Both the position numbers and the translations under genes were made by a program. Below, piece after piece: positions 9,405 through 17,307 of a stretch of 20,000 nucleotides of DNA; within the stretch, counting starts at the first letter, position 1, and every line of letters begins with the position of its first letter. The notes under the pieces were generated by a model, which was not told where the DNA came from, did no database searches, and worked only from the letters and a program-made list of their open reading frames with translations. Origin of the DNA: an uncultured virus (IMG/VR IMGVR_UViG_3300020469_000033) (taxonomy: Duplodnaviria > Heunggongvirae > Uroviricota > Caudoviricetes); the IMG/VR virus record IMGVR_UViG_3300020469_000033, positions 55,253-75,252 of that record. One strand, 5' to 3'.

Positions 9405-9953
9405 ATGACACTACCTTTATCAGGACAAATAACGGCGGGTAATATAAACCAAGAGTTTGGAAGAAGCTATTCAAGCTATATGTCTATTTGGAATGCTAGA
9501 AATGGTAGATATGGTTCTATCAATGGTCAATCGGCAAGATATCCTACAAATGGAATTAGTAAAACTAATAGCGGATATGCATTTTCAGATTGGTATGGAT
9601 ATAGACATAATGCAGTACAAGCTACAATAGGTCTTGACCAAGTTGAAAGATTTGTTGATGCTGATACCAGAGCTTGGGAATTTAGATACAATGGAACGGC
9701 TTTATCTCAAAATTGGCAGTGGAATACTACAAGACTAAGAAGGTGGTTTTATGTTCCAGTTGGTAATAGAATAGATGTTTATTTTGATAATAATATAAGT
9801 TGGGGTCAAAGTTGGAGGACTCAATTTAGAGCTATATATTCAAATCAAAGAGGATGGTTATTACGCCAAAATGTACGTCCAACAGCTTATACAAATTATA
9901 CTAATTTATTTGTTCAATCATCAGAATTAATTACTATTTACAATCAAAGTTAA
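9405..9953 (+). CDS. Putative tail-fibre tip/adhesin-like virion protein
   Basis: 182 aa. The N-terminus MTLPLSGQITAGNINQEFG...FSDWYGY resembles the MxLPxSGxISxxxIxxEFG...xSDFYG fibre-attachment module of phage adhesins. The C-terminus is beta-rich and aromatic-rich. Confidence 0.55.
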   Translation: MTLPLSGQITAGNINQEFGRSYSSYMSIWNARNGRYGSINGQSARYPTNGISKTNSGYAFSDWYGYRHNAVQATIGLDQVERFVDADTRAWEFRYNGTALSQNWQWNTTRLRRWFYVPVGNRIDVYFDNNISWGQSWRTQFRAIYSNQRGWLLRQNVRPTAYTNYTNLFVQSSELITIYNQS

Positions 9954-9961
9954 AAAATATT

Positions 9962-10201
9962 ATGGCAAATCATTATTTTAAAGATACAAATTCTTATTTT
10001 AAATTAGTAGATGAAACACATGAAATAATTTGTGTAACTACTAATTTTACAAACAAATGTATAGCAATAAGCTTTGATGAAAGTGGTGGGTATGAGAAAA
10101 TGAGAGATGCATTTATCGCTGATGGTATTACAACTGTATCCGAAGAACTTTTTGAGGCAAAAAGAGATGAAGTAAAAGATTATATAAATGAAAATTTGTA
10201 A
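9962..10201 (+). CDS. Small acidic hypothetical protein (paralog of 10204..10500)
   Basis: 79 aa. Shares aligned blocks with the next ORF. Confidence 0.7.
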   Translation: MANHYFKDTNSYFKLVDETHEIICVTTNFTNKCIAISFDESGGYEKMRDAFIADGITTVSEELFEAKRDEVKDYINENL

Positions 10202-10203
10202 AA

Positions 10204-10500
10204 ATGGGTAATTGGTTTGTAAAATCTTTTGATAACTACTATAAGTTTATAGATGATGATTCATCTATGATTATACTAACATCAGCTAGTTTAGATGAAA
10301 GTGGAAGTGATATGGTTATTTCATTTAATCATTTATCTGAAAGTGTTCCTAAATATGAAGATATGAGAGATTCTTTTCTATCATCATCTTATTTTACATC
10401 ATCATATACAGGTTCATCAGAGCCAGTACCACAAATTATTAGTGAATCCCTTTGGGAAGAAAAGAAAACAGAATTAAAAAGTTACATAATAAATAGTTAA
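10204..10500 (+). CDS. Small acidic hypothetical protein (paralog of 9962..10201)
   Basis: 98 aa. NYYKFID / ISF / YEDMRDSF / ISESLWEEKKTELKSYI align with SYFKLVD / ISF / YEKMRDAF / VSEELFEAKRDEVKDYI. Confidence 0.7.
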   Translation: MGNWFVKSFDNYYKFIDDDSSMIILTSASLDESGSDMVISFNHLSESVPKYEDMRDSFLSSSYFTSSYTGSSEPVPQIISESLWEEKKTELKSYIINS

Positions 10501-10503
10501 TAA

Positions 10504-12036
10504 ATGAAAATAGTTATAGCGGGTGGAGGAACTGCTGGTTGGTTATCAGCATTATTCCTAGCCAAACAAAATTTACACAGAGATATTCCAGCTTACGATA
10601 TTACTCTTATAGAGAGTGATGATATTCCAATTATAGGAGCTGGTGAAGGTTCAACCGGAGTACTTCAAAAAATACTTTTATCTACTTTAACTGAATTCGA
10701 TGGATTTGGAGAAAAGGAGTTTTTTGAAAATTGTAATACTACATTTAAATTAGGAATTGATTGTATTGATTGGAATGGGGTAGGTGATAGATTCTTTGAA
10801 TCGTTATCTGGAACACAAACTTCAGATTGGCCATTGGATAGGGATTTTACTATTTGTTCTAAATACGGAAAAGCTCCAGATTCCAGTCCTAACAAATATC
10901 TTTGGGAAAAAAATCTAACACCATTTTTAAAAACTGAAAATAGTGATAGTTACGAAACTGGATATGCTTATCACTTTGATGCACATAAAGTTGGTGAGTG
11001 GTTTAAAAAGATTGCATTAGAAAATGGAATTAAATTACAAAAAGGTACAATAACTGATACAAATCTAAATCCTAAAAATGGTGAATTACAAAAATTAATT
11101 TTAAAAGATGGAACTAAAATAGAATCTGATTTTTGGATTGATTGTACCGGATTCAATAGAGTATTGAGTAAGGCAGTTGGAGCAGAATGGATTTCATATT
11201 CAGAATACCTTCCAATTAATTCAGCATTAGTTTATACACATCAATATGAAAAGGATGAAGAAATTCCAAACGTAACAACTGCATGGGCAATGCCAAATGG
11301 TTGGATGTGGCAAATTCCAACTCAAGAGAGATTAGGATGTGGATATTGTTATTCTGATAAGTTTGTATCTGAGGAACAAGCTCTGAAAGAACTACAAGAA
11401 GTTACTGGTAGAAAGATAACACCTCTTAGAACTATTAAGTTCGATAGTGGTAGGTTGAAAGAAGTTTGGAAAAAGAATGTACTTTCAATAGGATTATCAT
11501 CTTCCTTCTTAGAACCATTAGAAGCAACATCAATACATTCATCCATAATTCAGTTAGTACAACTAACACAACATCACTTATCACCTTACAAAGAGGATAT
11601 GATGAGAGAATCAAACATCAAAGCAAATAACGAACACTTTAATATGATGTTAGATGAATTTAGAGGTTTGATTCAAATGCACTATATTACAAAAAGAAAT
11701 GATACTCCATTTTGGAAATATGTACATAATGATTTAAAGAGAGACCCATTAGTTGAAAAAATTTTAGAAATATGTAAATATAGAGTTCCAAATGGAAATG
11801 ATTTTCCATATTACAATGGAGCTGCTAGTTGGGGTGTATTCAATTGGATATTGGCTGGCAATGATTTAATTAGTAAAGAGGTATTGGATAAATCTCTAAA
11901 TACTCATAATTTTGAAAAATCATCTGAAAAAGTTTATAAACATATGGTAAAGCAATTTGCATTTGATAGTAAACAACACTTTCCACATACTGAATTTATC
12001 AATTGGACAAAAGATTTTTCAAAAAAACCAAAATAA
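10504..12036 (+). CDS. Flavin-dependent halogenase, tryptophan halogenase (PrnA/RebH) family
   Basis: 510 aa. GGGTAG FAD-binding motif, IGAGEGST, TFKLGI (catalytic Lys equivalent), YAYHFDA, WIDCTGF, GWMWQIP (WxWxIP) and FLEPLEATSI. Confidence 0.93.
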   Translation: MKIVIAGGGTAGWLSALFLAKQNLHRDIPAYDITLIESDDIPIIGAGEGSTGVLQKILLSTLTEFDGFGEKEFFENCNTTFKLGIDCIDWNGVGDRFFESLSGTQTSDWPLDRDFTICSKYGKAPDSSPNKYLWEKNLTPFLKTENSDSYETGYAYHFDAHKVGEWFKKIALENGIKLQKGTITDTNLNPKNGELQKLILKDGTKIESDFWIDCTGFNRVLSKAVGAEWISYSEYLPINSALVYTHQYEKDEEIPNVTTAWAMPNGWMWQIPTQERLGCGYCYSDKFVSEEQALKELQEVTGRKITPLRTIKFDSGRLKEVWKKNVLSIGLSSSFLEPLEATSIHSSIIQLVQLTQHHLSPYKEDMMRESNIKANNEHFNMMLDEFRGLIQMHYITKRNDTPFWKYVHNDLKRDPLVEKILEICKYRVPNGNDFPYYNGAASWGVFNWILAGNDLISKEVLDKSLNTHNFEKSSEKVYKHMVKQFAFDSKQHFPHTEFINWTKDFSKKPK

Positions 12037-12037
12037 A

Positions 12038-12069
12038 TTTGGTAATCTCAAAATAATTCCTTATATTTG
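12038..12069 (+). promoter_or_regulatory. Bacteroidota sigma70-type promoter P1 upstream of ssb
   Basis: TTTG 12038-12041, 20-nt spacer, TATATTTG 12062-12069. Confidence 0.8.
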
Positions 12070-12116
12070 TATCAACAAATGGAAAAATACACTTTCAAAA
12101 AAAAAATTAAAAAAGA

Positions 12117-12148
12117 TTTGGAATTGTTAAAAACTTTTCGTATATTTG
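12117..12148 (+). promoter_or_regulatory. Bacteroidota sigma70-type promoter P2 upstream of ssb
   Basis: TTTG 12117-12120, 20-nt spacer, TATATTTG 12141-12148. A-tract 12097-12114 immediately upstream is UP-element-like. Confidence 0.8.
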
Positions 12149-12191
12149 TATAAATATATGTTCAAAATTCCACTTAAAACCAGGCATTTTG

Positions 12192-12220
12192 ATATTTATA
12201 TAAGGTGTAGGAAAGACACC
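12192..12220 (+). promoter_or_regulatory. ATATTTATA motif followed by a short GC-richer hairpin in the ssb leader
   Basis: ATATTTATA 12192-12200, then stem GGTGT (12204-12208) / ACACC (12216-12220) with loop AGGAAAG. Confidence 0.45.
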
Positions 12221-12267
12221 AAAATAAAACCTAAATAATAAATAATAAACCTTTAAAATTTAAAATT

Positions 12268-13092
12268 ATGGCACTAGATTTAAGCGCAATCAGAGGTAGA
12301 CTGAACAAACTACAAAACACTTCAAACAGAACATCTAACCTATGGAAACCCACACCTGGTAAACACCAAGTGAGAATCGTTCCTTACAAATTCTCTCCTG
12401 AGAATCCTTTTATTGAATTATTCTTCCATTACAACATCAACAACAAAACGTATTTGTCTCCTTCTTCTTTTGGAAGACCAGACCCTATCGTTGAGTTCGC
12501 TGAAAAGTTGAAAAGAATGGGTGATAAAGAAGATTGGAAAGCAGCTAAGAAGATGGAACCGAAATTAAGAACTTTTGTACCTGTACTTGTAAGAGGAGAG
12601 GAATCAGAAGGAGTTAAGTTTTGGGGATTCGGAAAAACTGTCTACCAAGAAATCTTAGGTTATATTGCTGATCCTGATTATGGAGATATTACTGACCCTA
12701 CTAATGGTAGAGATATTACTATCGAATATACATCAGCTGAAGATGCAGGAACTTCTTATCCTGTAACTACTATCCGTGTTAAACCTAATGTAACTTCATT
12801 AGGAGAAGATGCAACGGCAAATCAAAACTTTATGGAAACTCAAAGTAACATTACTGATATCTATTCAGAATTATCTTACGATGAATTGAAATCAGTATTA
12901 GAAGGTTGGTTAAACCCAACAGCTGAAGAAGCTGAAGAGAGTGTTTCACAACAAACTCTATCAACTCCATCAGCACCGAAAACTGAAGCTAAAGCAGCAC
13001 CAGCTGCAGCACCTTCAAACGCGGTAAGTACTGAAGAGAAAAAGAAAATGGATGATGTTGCATCAGCATTTGATGATTTGTTTAACGGATAA
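12268..13092 (+). CDS. ssb: Single-stranded DNA-binding protein, T4 gp32-like
   Basis: 274 aa. LWKP..GKHQVRIVP...PFIELFFHY, DITDPTNGRDITI, Ala/Pro linker and acidic-hydrophobic tail DDVASAFDDLFNG. It precedes recA. Confidence 0.8.
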   Translation: MALDLSAIRGRLNKLQNTSNRTSNLWKPTPGKHQVRIVPYKFSPENPFIELFFHYNINNKTYLSPSSFGRPDPIVEFAEKLKRMGDKEDWKAAKKMEPKLRTFVPVLVRGEESEGVKFWGFGKTVYQEILGYIADPDYGDITDPTNGRDITIEYTSAEDAGTSYPVTTIRVKPNVTSLGEDATANQNFMETQSNITDIYSELSYDELKSVLEGWLNPTAEEAEESVSQQTLSTPSAPKTEAKAAPAAAPSNAVSTEEKKKMDDVASAFDDLFNG

Positions 13093-13102
13093 TATATAAT
13101 AA

Positions 13103-14221
13103 ATGGCAAAAAAAGAAATGGACTTAGCGGCGGAACTAGCTTCCGAGCTAAACAAAACAAACAAAGACCAGAAGGTTGCCTTCTTCTTAAATGAAGATGG
13201 TGCACCCACAAATGTGGATGGATGGATATCAACTGGATGTGCTATGTTAGATGTAGCCATTTCGAATCGCCCTTATGGTGGACTTCCTGTTGGAAGGATT
13301 GCTGAAGTAACTGGTTTAGAACAAAGTGGAAAATCATTAGTATCTGCTCACCTCCTTGCTGAAACACAAAAGCAAGGTGGTGTTGCGGTTCTAATAGATA
13401 CTGAAACTGCGGTAAGTAGAGAATTCTTAGAAGCAATTGGTGTAGATGTAGCAAAACTACTTTATGTATCAGCTGATTCAGTAGAACAAATTTTCGAATT
13501 TACCGAAACAATCATTGAAAAGGTAAGAACCACACAAAAAGATAAGTTAGTAACAATCGTAGTAGATTCCGTTGCAGCAGCTTCAACTAAAAAAGAGTTA
13601 GCAGCTGATTATGATAAGGATGGATACGCTACTGATAAAGCTATTATTATCTCAAAAGCGATGAGAAAGATTACCAATCTAATTGGTAGGCAAAAAATTA
13701 CCTTAGTATTCACTAATCAATTAAGACAAAAGATGAATGCTATGTTTGGTGACCCTTGGACTACTTCTGGAGGAAAAGCTCTTGCATTCCATGCATCGGT
13801 TAGACTTCGTTTGAAGAATATGGGACAAATCAAACAAAAGGTAAATGGTAAAGATAAAACCATTGGTATGAAAGTAAGATGTCAGGTTATCAAAAACCGA
13901 ATGGGGCCACCTCTTCGAGCAGCTGATTTCGAAATATTCTTTGATAGAGGAATCGATAACTTCGGTTCTTGGTTAGGAGTAATGAAAGAAAATAAGTTGG
14001 TGAAGCAAGCTGGTGCTTGGTACACTTACATTGATACGGAAACTGGAGAAGAACTAAAATTCCAATCTAAAGATTTCATTGATTTGATGGATGAAAGAGA
14101 AGATGTTAAAGAACAAATCTATAAAAAGATTTGTGAAGCAACTATCTTACAATACAAATCAGATTCAAAAGATATCGAAGCACATAAGTTAGATACTGAA
14201 GGTGCTGAAGTAGTAGATTAA
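13103..14221 (+). CDS. recA: RecA/UvsX-like recombinase
   Basis: 372 aa. GGLPVGRIAEVTGLEQSGKS (Walker A), VVDSVAA (Walker B), FTNQLR, TSGGKALAFHASVRL, KNRMGPP, AGAWY. Confidence 0.96.
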   Translation: MAKKEMDLAAELASELNKTNKDQKVAFFLNEDGAPTNVDGWISTGCAMLDVAISNRPYGGLPVGRIAEVTGLEQSGKSLVSAHLLAETQKQGGVAVLIDTETAVSREFLEAIGVDVAKLLYVSADSVEQIFEFTETIIEKVRTTQKDKLVTIVVDSVAAASTKKELAADYDKDGYATDKAIIISKAMRKITNLIGRQKITLVFTNQLRQKMNAMFGDPWTTSGGKALAFHASVRLRLKNMGQIKQKVNGKDKTIGMKVRCQVIKNRMGPPLRAADFEIFFDRGIDNFGSWLGVMKENKLVKQAGAWYTYIDTETGEELKFQSKDFIDLMDEREDVKEQIYKKICEATILQYKSDSKDIEAHKLDTEGAEVVD

Positions 14222-14236
14222 AATAAATAATAAGTT

Positions 14237-14473
14237 ATGAGCAAATTAAAAGAAATGTTAAAATCATCTGCGCAAGCAGATAAGGCAAAGGCACTCCTTA
14301 CTTTGGAGTTGTTGGAAAAGCATCCTGCAGGAATTGGAGACCACTCAACTGGTGATTTCTATGAAAATGCAGAATCAGCATTACAAATGTTGGTAGATGC
14401 AAATGATAGATTAGAAACCATTGAAGAATATTTTGGTGGTGAAGGTATCACTTATACAACAACAACTACATAA
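14237..14473 (+). CDS. Small conserved-looking phage helical protein
   Basis: 78 aa with a PAGIGDH turn between two helices, reminiscent of small PVGIGEH proteins of large marine phages. Coupled to the next gene by TAATG. Confidence 0.7.
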   Translation: MSKLKEMLKSSAQADKAKALLTLELLEKHPAGIGDHSTGDFYENAESALQMLVDANDRLETIEEYFGGEGITYTTTTT

Positions 14474-15519
14474 TGAAAGGACTCTACAAAGATATCCTCA
14501 ACGAAGTGAGTGAGGAACATAAGACTAATCATCTTCGAGAAAGGAATAGTAGGGTTTTAATTATTGATGGACTAAACACCTTCATCCGAAGTTGGACAAC
14601 CAACCCCACAATGAATGAGGATGGTGACCATACGGGTGGGGTGATTGGCTCCCTCAAATCTATTGGATACCAAATTAGAGAATTCAATCCAACCCGATGT
14701 ATTGTAACCTTTGATGGTAAAAATGGTTCTCAATCAAGAAAGAAAATCCACGAAGGATATAAAGCTGGTAGAGAGAAAAACCGATTCCGAGTAAACCGTC
14801 AATATCAAGGTATGATGGATGAGGAGCAGGAAAGACTTTCTATGAAACAACAATTTGTTTGGTTAAATGATATATTAGATTATCTTCCAGTTCAAACTAT
14901 GATTTATGATGGTATTGAGGCAGATGATACAATAGCATATTTAACTAAACATAATGAATCTGATTTAGGTAATGAAGTTGTTATTGTTTCAACTGATAAA
15001 GATTTCCTTCAATTAGTTTCTGATAAAGTAAAAGTATTTTCACCTACTAAAAAGAAAATGTACAATAGACAAGTTGTATTTGATGAGTTTGGTATATGGC
15101 CTGAGAATCTTTTATTATATAGAACATTGGATGGTGATAAATCAGATAACATACCAGGTATCAGAGGATGTGGTATAAAAACTCTTTTAAAGAGGTTTCC
15201 TGAACTTTCTGAGGATAGAACAATAACACATGAGGACCTATTTCAAATGTGTGAGGAGAAGCAAGGTAAAATCAAATTATATGATGATATCTTAAAAGCA
15301 AAAGACCAACTTCTTATGAATAAAAGATTAATGGAGTTAGATGAACCCCATATACCAACAAATCAGAAGCTAAACATCTTAGATAGATTTAATGAAAGTG
15401 ATATTGAATTTAAGAAGTTAGATTTCCTTAGAGTAGGTCAGAAATATAAGGTACTCCAAAATTGGAGAGACATTAATGATTGGTTACATTCAACCTTTCA
15501 TAATATTATTACAAAATAA
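14473..15519 (+). CDS. 5'-3' exonuclease / flap endonuclease (Pol I N-terminal domain, T4 RNase H-like)
   Basis: 348 aa. IIDGLN, FDG, YKAGR, EADD, STDKDFLQL, GDKSDNIPGIRGCGIKT (H3TH). Confidence 0.95.
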   Translation: MKGLYKDILNEVSEEHKTNHLRERNSRVLIIDGLNTFIRSWTTNPTMNEDGDHTGGVIGSLKSIGYQIREFNPTRCIVTFDGKNGSQSRKKIHEGYKAGREKNRFRVNRQYQGMMDEEQERLSMKQQFVWLNDILDYLPVQTMIYDGIEADDTIAYLTKHNESDLGNEVVIVSTDKDFLQLVSDKVKVFSPTKKKMYNRQVVFDEFGIWPENLLLYRTLDGDKSDNIPGIRGCGIKTLLKRFPELSEDRTITHEDLFQMCEEKQGKIKLYDDILKAKDQLLMNKRLMELDEPHIPTNQKLNILDRFNESDIEFKKLDFLRVGQKYKVLQNWRDINDWLHSTFHNIITK

Positions 15520-15520
15520 A

Positions 15521-15552
15521 TTAGGTTTATTCAAATATTTTTCTTATATTTG
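15521..15552 (+). promoter_or_regulatory. Bacteroidota sigma70-type promoter upstream of the helicase
   Basis: TTAG (variant -33) 15521-15524, 20-nt spacer, TATATTTG 15545-15552. Confidence 0.7.
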
Positions 15553-15573
15553 TAAAATCAAATTAAGTTATAG

Positions 15574-16932
15574 ATGCAGAACATAGATACTCTTTCCAAA
15601 TACGGACAATCATTTCAAACAAAGGTTTTATCATCTTTGATTACTGATGTTCGTTTATTGGATACTCTTAGTGAGATTATACATCCAAAGTTTTTTGAAG
15701 CTGAGGCAAACAAATGGATAGCAGAAGAGGTTGTTTCTTATTACGATGAGTTTAAGAAATCTCCAACGTTAGATGTTTTTAAATCAGAAGTTTCAAAGTT
15801 AGATGATAAAGGTTTTCAGAAAAGTGTAGTGGAGCAACTAAAATCAGTATTTACCAAAGTTGGTGATTCTGATTTAGATTATGTAAAGAAAGAGTTTTCT
15901 TCGTTTTGTATCAACCAAAACTTAAAACAAGCAATCGTTAGTTCAGTTGATTTACTAAAGGCTGGTAACTATGATAGAATCAAAGATTTAGTAGATAAAG
16001 CAATGAAGGTAGGAGTGGATTCAGATATGGGACACGATTACCTTTTAGATTTTGAAGAAAGAACTAATGAAGTTGATAGAAGTACAGTTCCAACTGGTTG
16101 GGATTGTATTAATGAACTTATGGATGGTGGTTTGGGACCTGGCGAATTAGGAGTAGCAGTAGCACCTTCTGGTGTTGGTAAAACTTGGGTACTATGTGCA
16201 TTAGGAGCAGCAGCTGTTAAGCAAGGATTAAATGTAGTACATTACTCTTTAGAATTATCAGAACATTATGTGGGACAACGATACGATACTGTATTTACAC
16301 AAATCCCATCTGCAGATGTGAAAGATAAGAAAGAAGTAGTATTGGAGAAAATCAATAGATTGAGTGGAAAACTTCTTATTAAGTATTTCCCACCTAAAGG
16401 TATATCTGCTAAAAAATTAGAATCCCATATTGAGAAGATGACAGCAGCAGGAACTAAACCTGATTTAATAATCATTGATTATGCTGATTTGTTATTATCT
16501 CATACTAATAAATCTGATTCAACTTATGGAGAGCAAGGTGGAGTTTACATTGAGTTGAGAGGTATTAGTGGTGAATTAGGTATTCCTATTTGGACAGCAT
16601 CCCAAACCAATCGTTCAGCAATTGATTCTGAAGTTATTGAAGCTGATAAAGTAGCAGATTCTTACGCTAAAGTAATGAACGCAGATTTCATTATGAGTAT
16701 CAGTAGAAAAGCTAAAGATAAATTAAACAATACTGCAAGGTTCCATATTATGAAAAACCGATTTGGACCTGATGGTATCACCTTCCCTTCTAAAATGGAT
16801 ACAAATACTGGATTCATTGAGGTGTATGATGGTAACTCTTCAGATGGAATCATCACACAAAAGGAATCTGCTAATGGAGAGCAGATGGAAAAGAAATTAC
16901 TCCATAAAAAATATGTAGAGAATTTTGGATAG
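15574..16932 (+). CDS. dnaB: Replicative DNA helicase, DnaB/T4 gp41-like
   Basis: 452 aa. APSGVGKT (Walker A), YSLEL, IIIDYADL (Walker B), WTASQTNR, KNRFG. Confidence 0.93.
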   Translation: MQNIDTLSKYGQSFQTKVLSSLITDVRLLDTLSEIIHPKFFEAEANKWIAEEVVSYYDEFKKSPTLDVFKSEVSKLDDKGFQKSVVEQLKSVFTKVGDSDLDYVKKEFSSFCINQNLKQAIVSSVDLLKAGNYDRIKDLVDKAMKVGVDSDMGHDYLLDFEERTNEVDRSTVPTGWDCINELMDGGLGPGELGVAVAPSGVGKTWVLCALGAAAVKQGLNVVHYSLELSEHYVGQRYDTVFTQIPSADVKDKKEVVLEKINRLSGKLLIKYFPPKGISAKKLESHIEKMTAAGTKPDLIIIDYADLLLSHTNKSDSTYGEQGGVYIELRGISGELGIPIWTASQTNRSAIDSEVIEADKVADSYAKVMNADFIMSISRKAKDKLNNTARFHIMKNRFGPDGITFPSKMDTNTGFIEVYDGNSSDGIITQKESANGEQMEKKLLHKKYVENFG

Positions 16933-16945
16933 TACTATCAAAATT
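16921..16945. repeat. Near-perfect 25-nt palindrome overlapping the helicase stop codon
   Basis: AATTTT-G-GATAGTACTATC-AAAATT: a perfect 12-nt core palindrome with 6-bp flanks and one bulged G. Confidence 0.6.
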
Positions 16946-17071
16946 GGTAAACTCTATAAAATATATTTTAACAGTCAATTGAAAAGTTGATTAAAAAATA
17001 TCAAAAACAAAAAAGTACTAAAAAACGTATTGGAAATATATTTTTTTTCAATATATACAATAGTTATAAAC

Positions 17072-17101
17072 ACCGAACAACATTCGAGTGTTCGGTTTTT
17101 T
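17072..17101 (+). terminator. Intrinsic terminator-like hairpin (or 5' leader hairpin) upstream of the Hc1-like gene
   Basis: ACCGAACA (17072-17079) pairs with TGTTCGGT (17089-17096), 9-nt loop, followed by a T-run to 17101. Confidence 0.6.
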
Positions 17102-17131
17102 AATTTAATTAATTTATAAAAAATAAAATTT

Positions 17132-17302
17132 ATGGCAAATTCACAACAAATTTTCGAAGAAATCACAGAACTATTTTCTCAATTTGAGGAAAATCACAAC
17201 TCATCAACTAAAGCGGGTAAATCAAGAGCAAGAAAAGCAATTGGTGAAATCAAAAAGTTGGTAACTGATTATAGAAAAGCATCTGTAGAAGAAAATAAGT
17301 AA
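17132..17302 (+). CDS. Histone H1-like protein Hc1 family (Bacteroidota-type short form); missing from the supplied ORF track
   Basis: Hand translation, 56 aa: MANSQQIFEEITELFSQFEENHNSSTKAGKSRARKAIGEIKKLVTDYRKASVEENK. KA..RARK...EI.KL...(Y/F)RK.S is the Hc1 N-terminal domain pattern. A-rich start context. Confidence 0.8.
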   Translation: MANSQQIFEEITELFSQFEENHNSSTKAGKSRARKAIGEIKKLVTDYRKASVEENK

Positions 17303-17307
17303 TTAGA

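Noticed and set aside
12079..12153. 24-codon ORF MEKYTFKKKIKKDLELLKTFRIFV upstream of ssb
   Set aside because: It simply reads through the A-tract and the second promoter; there is no independent support for a leader peptide.
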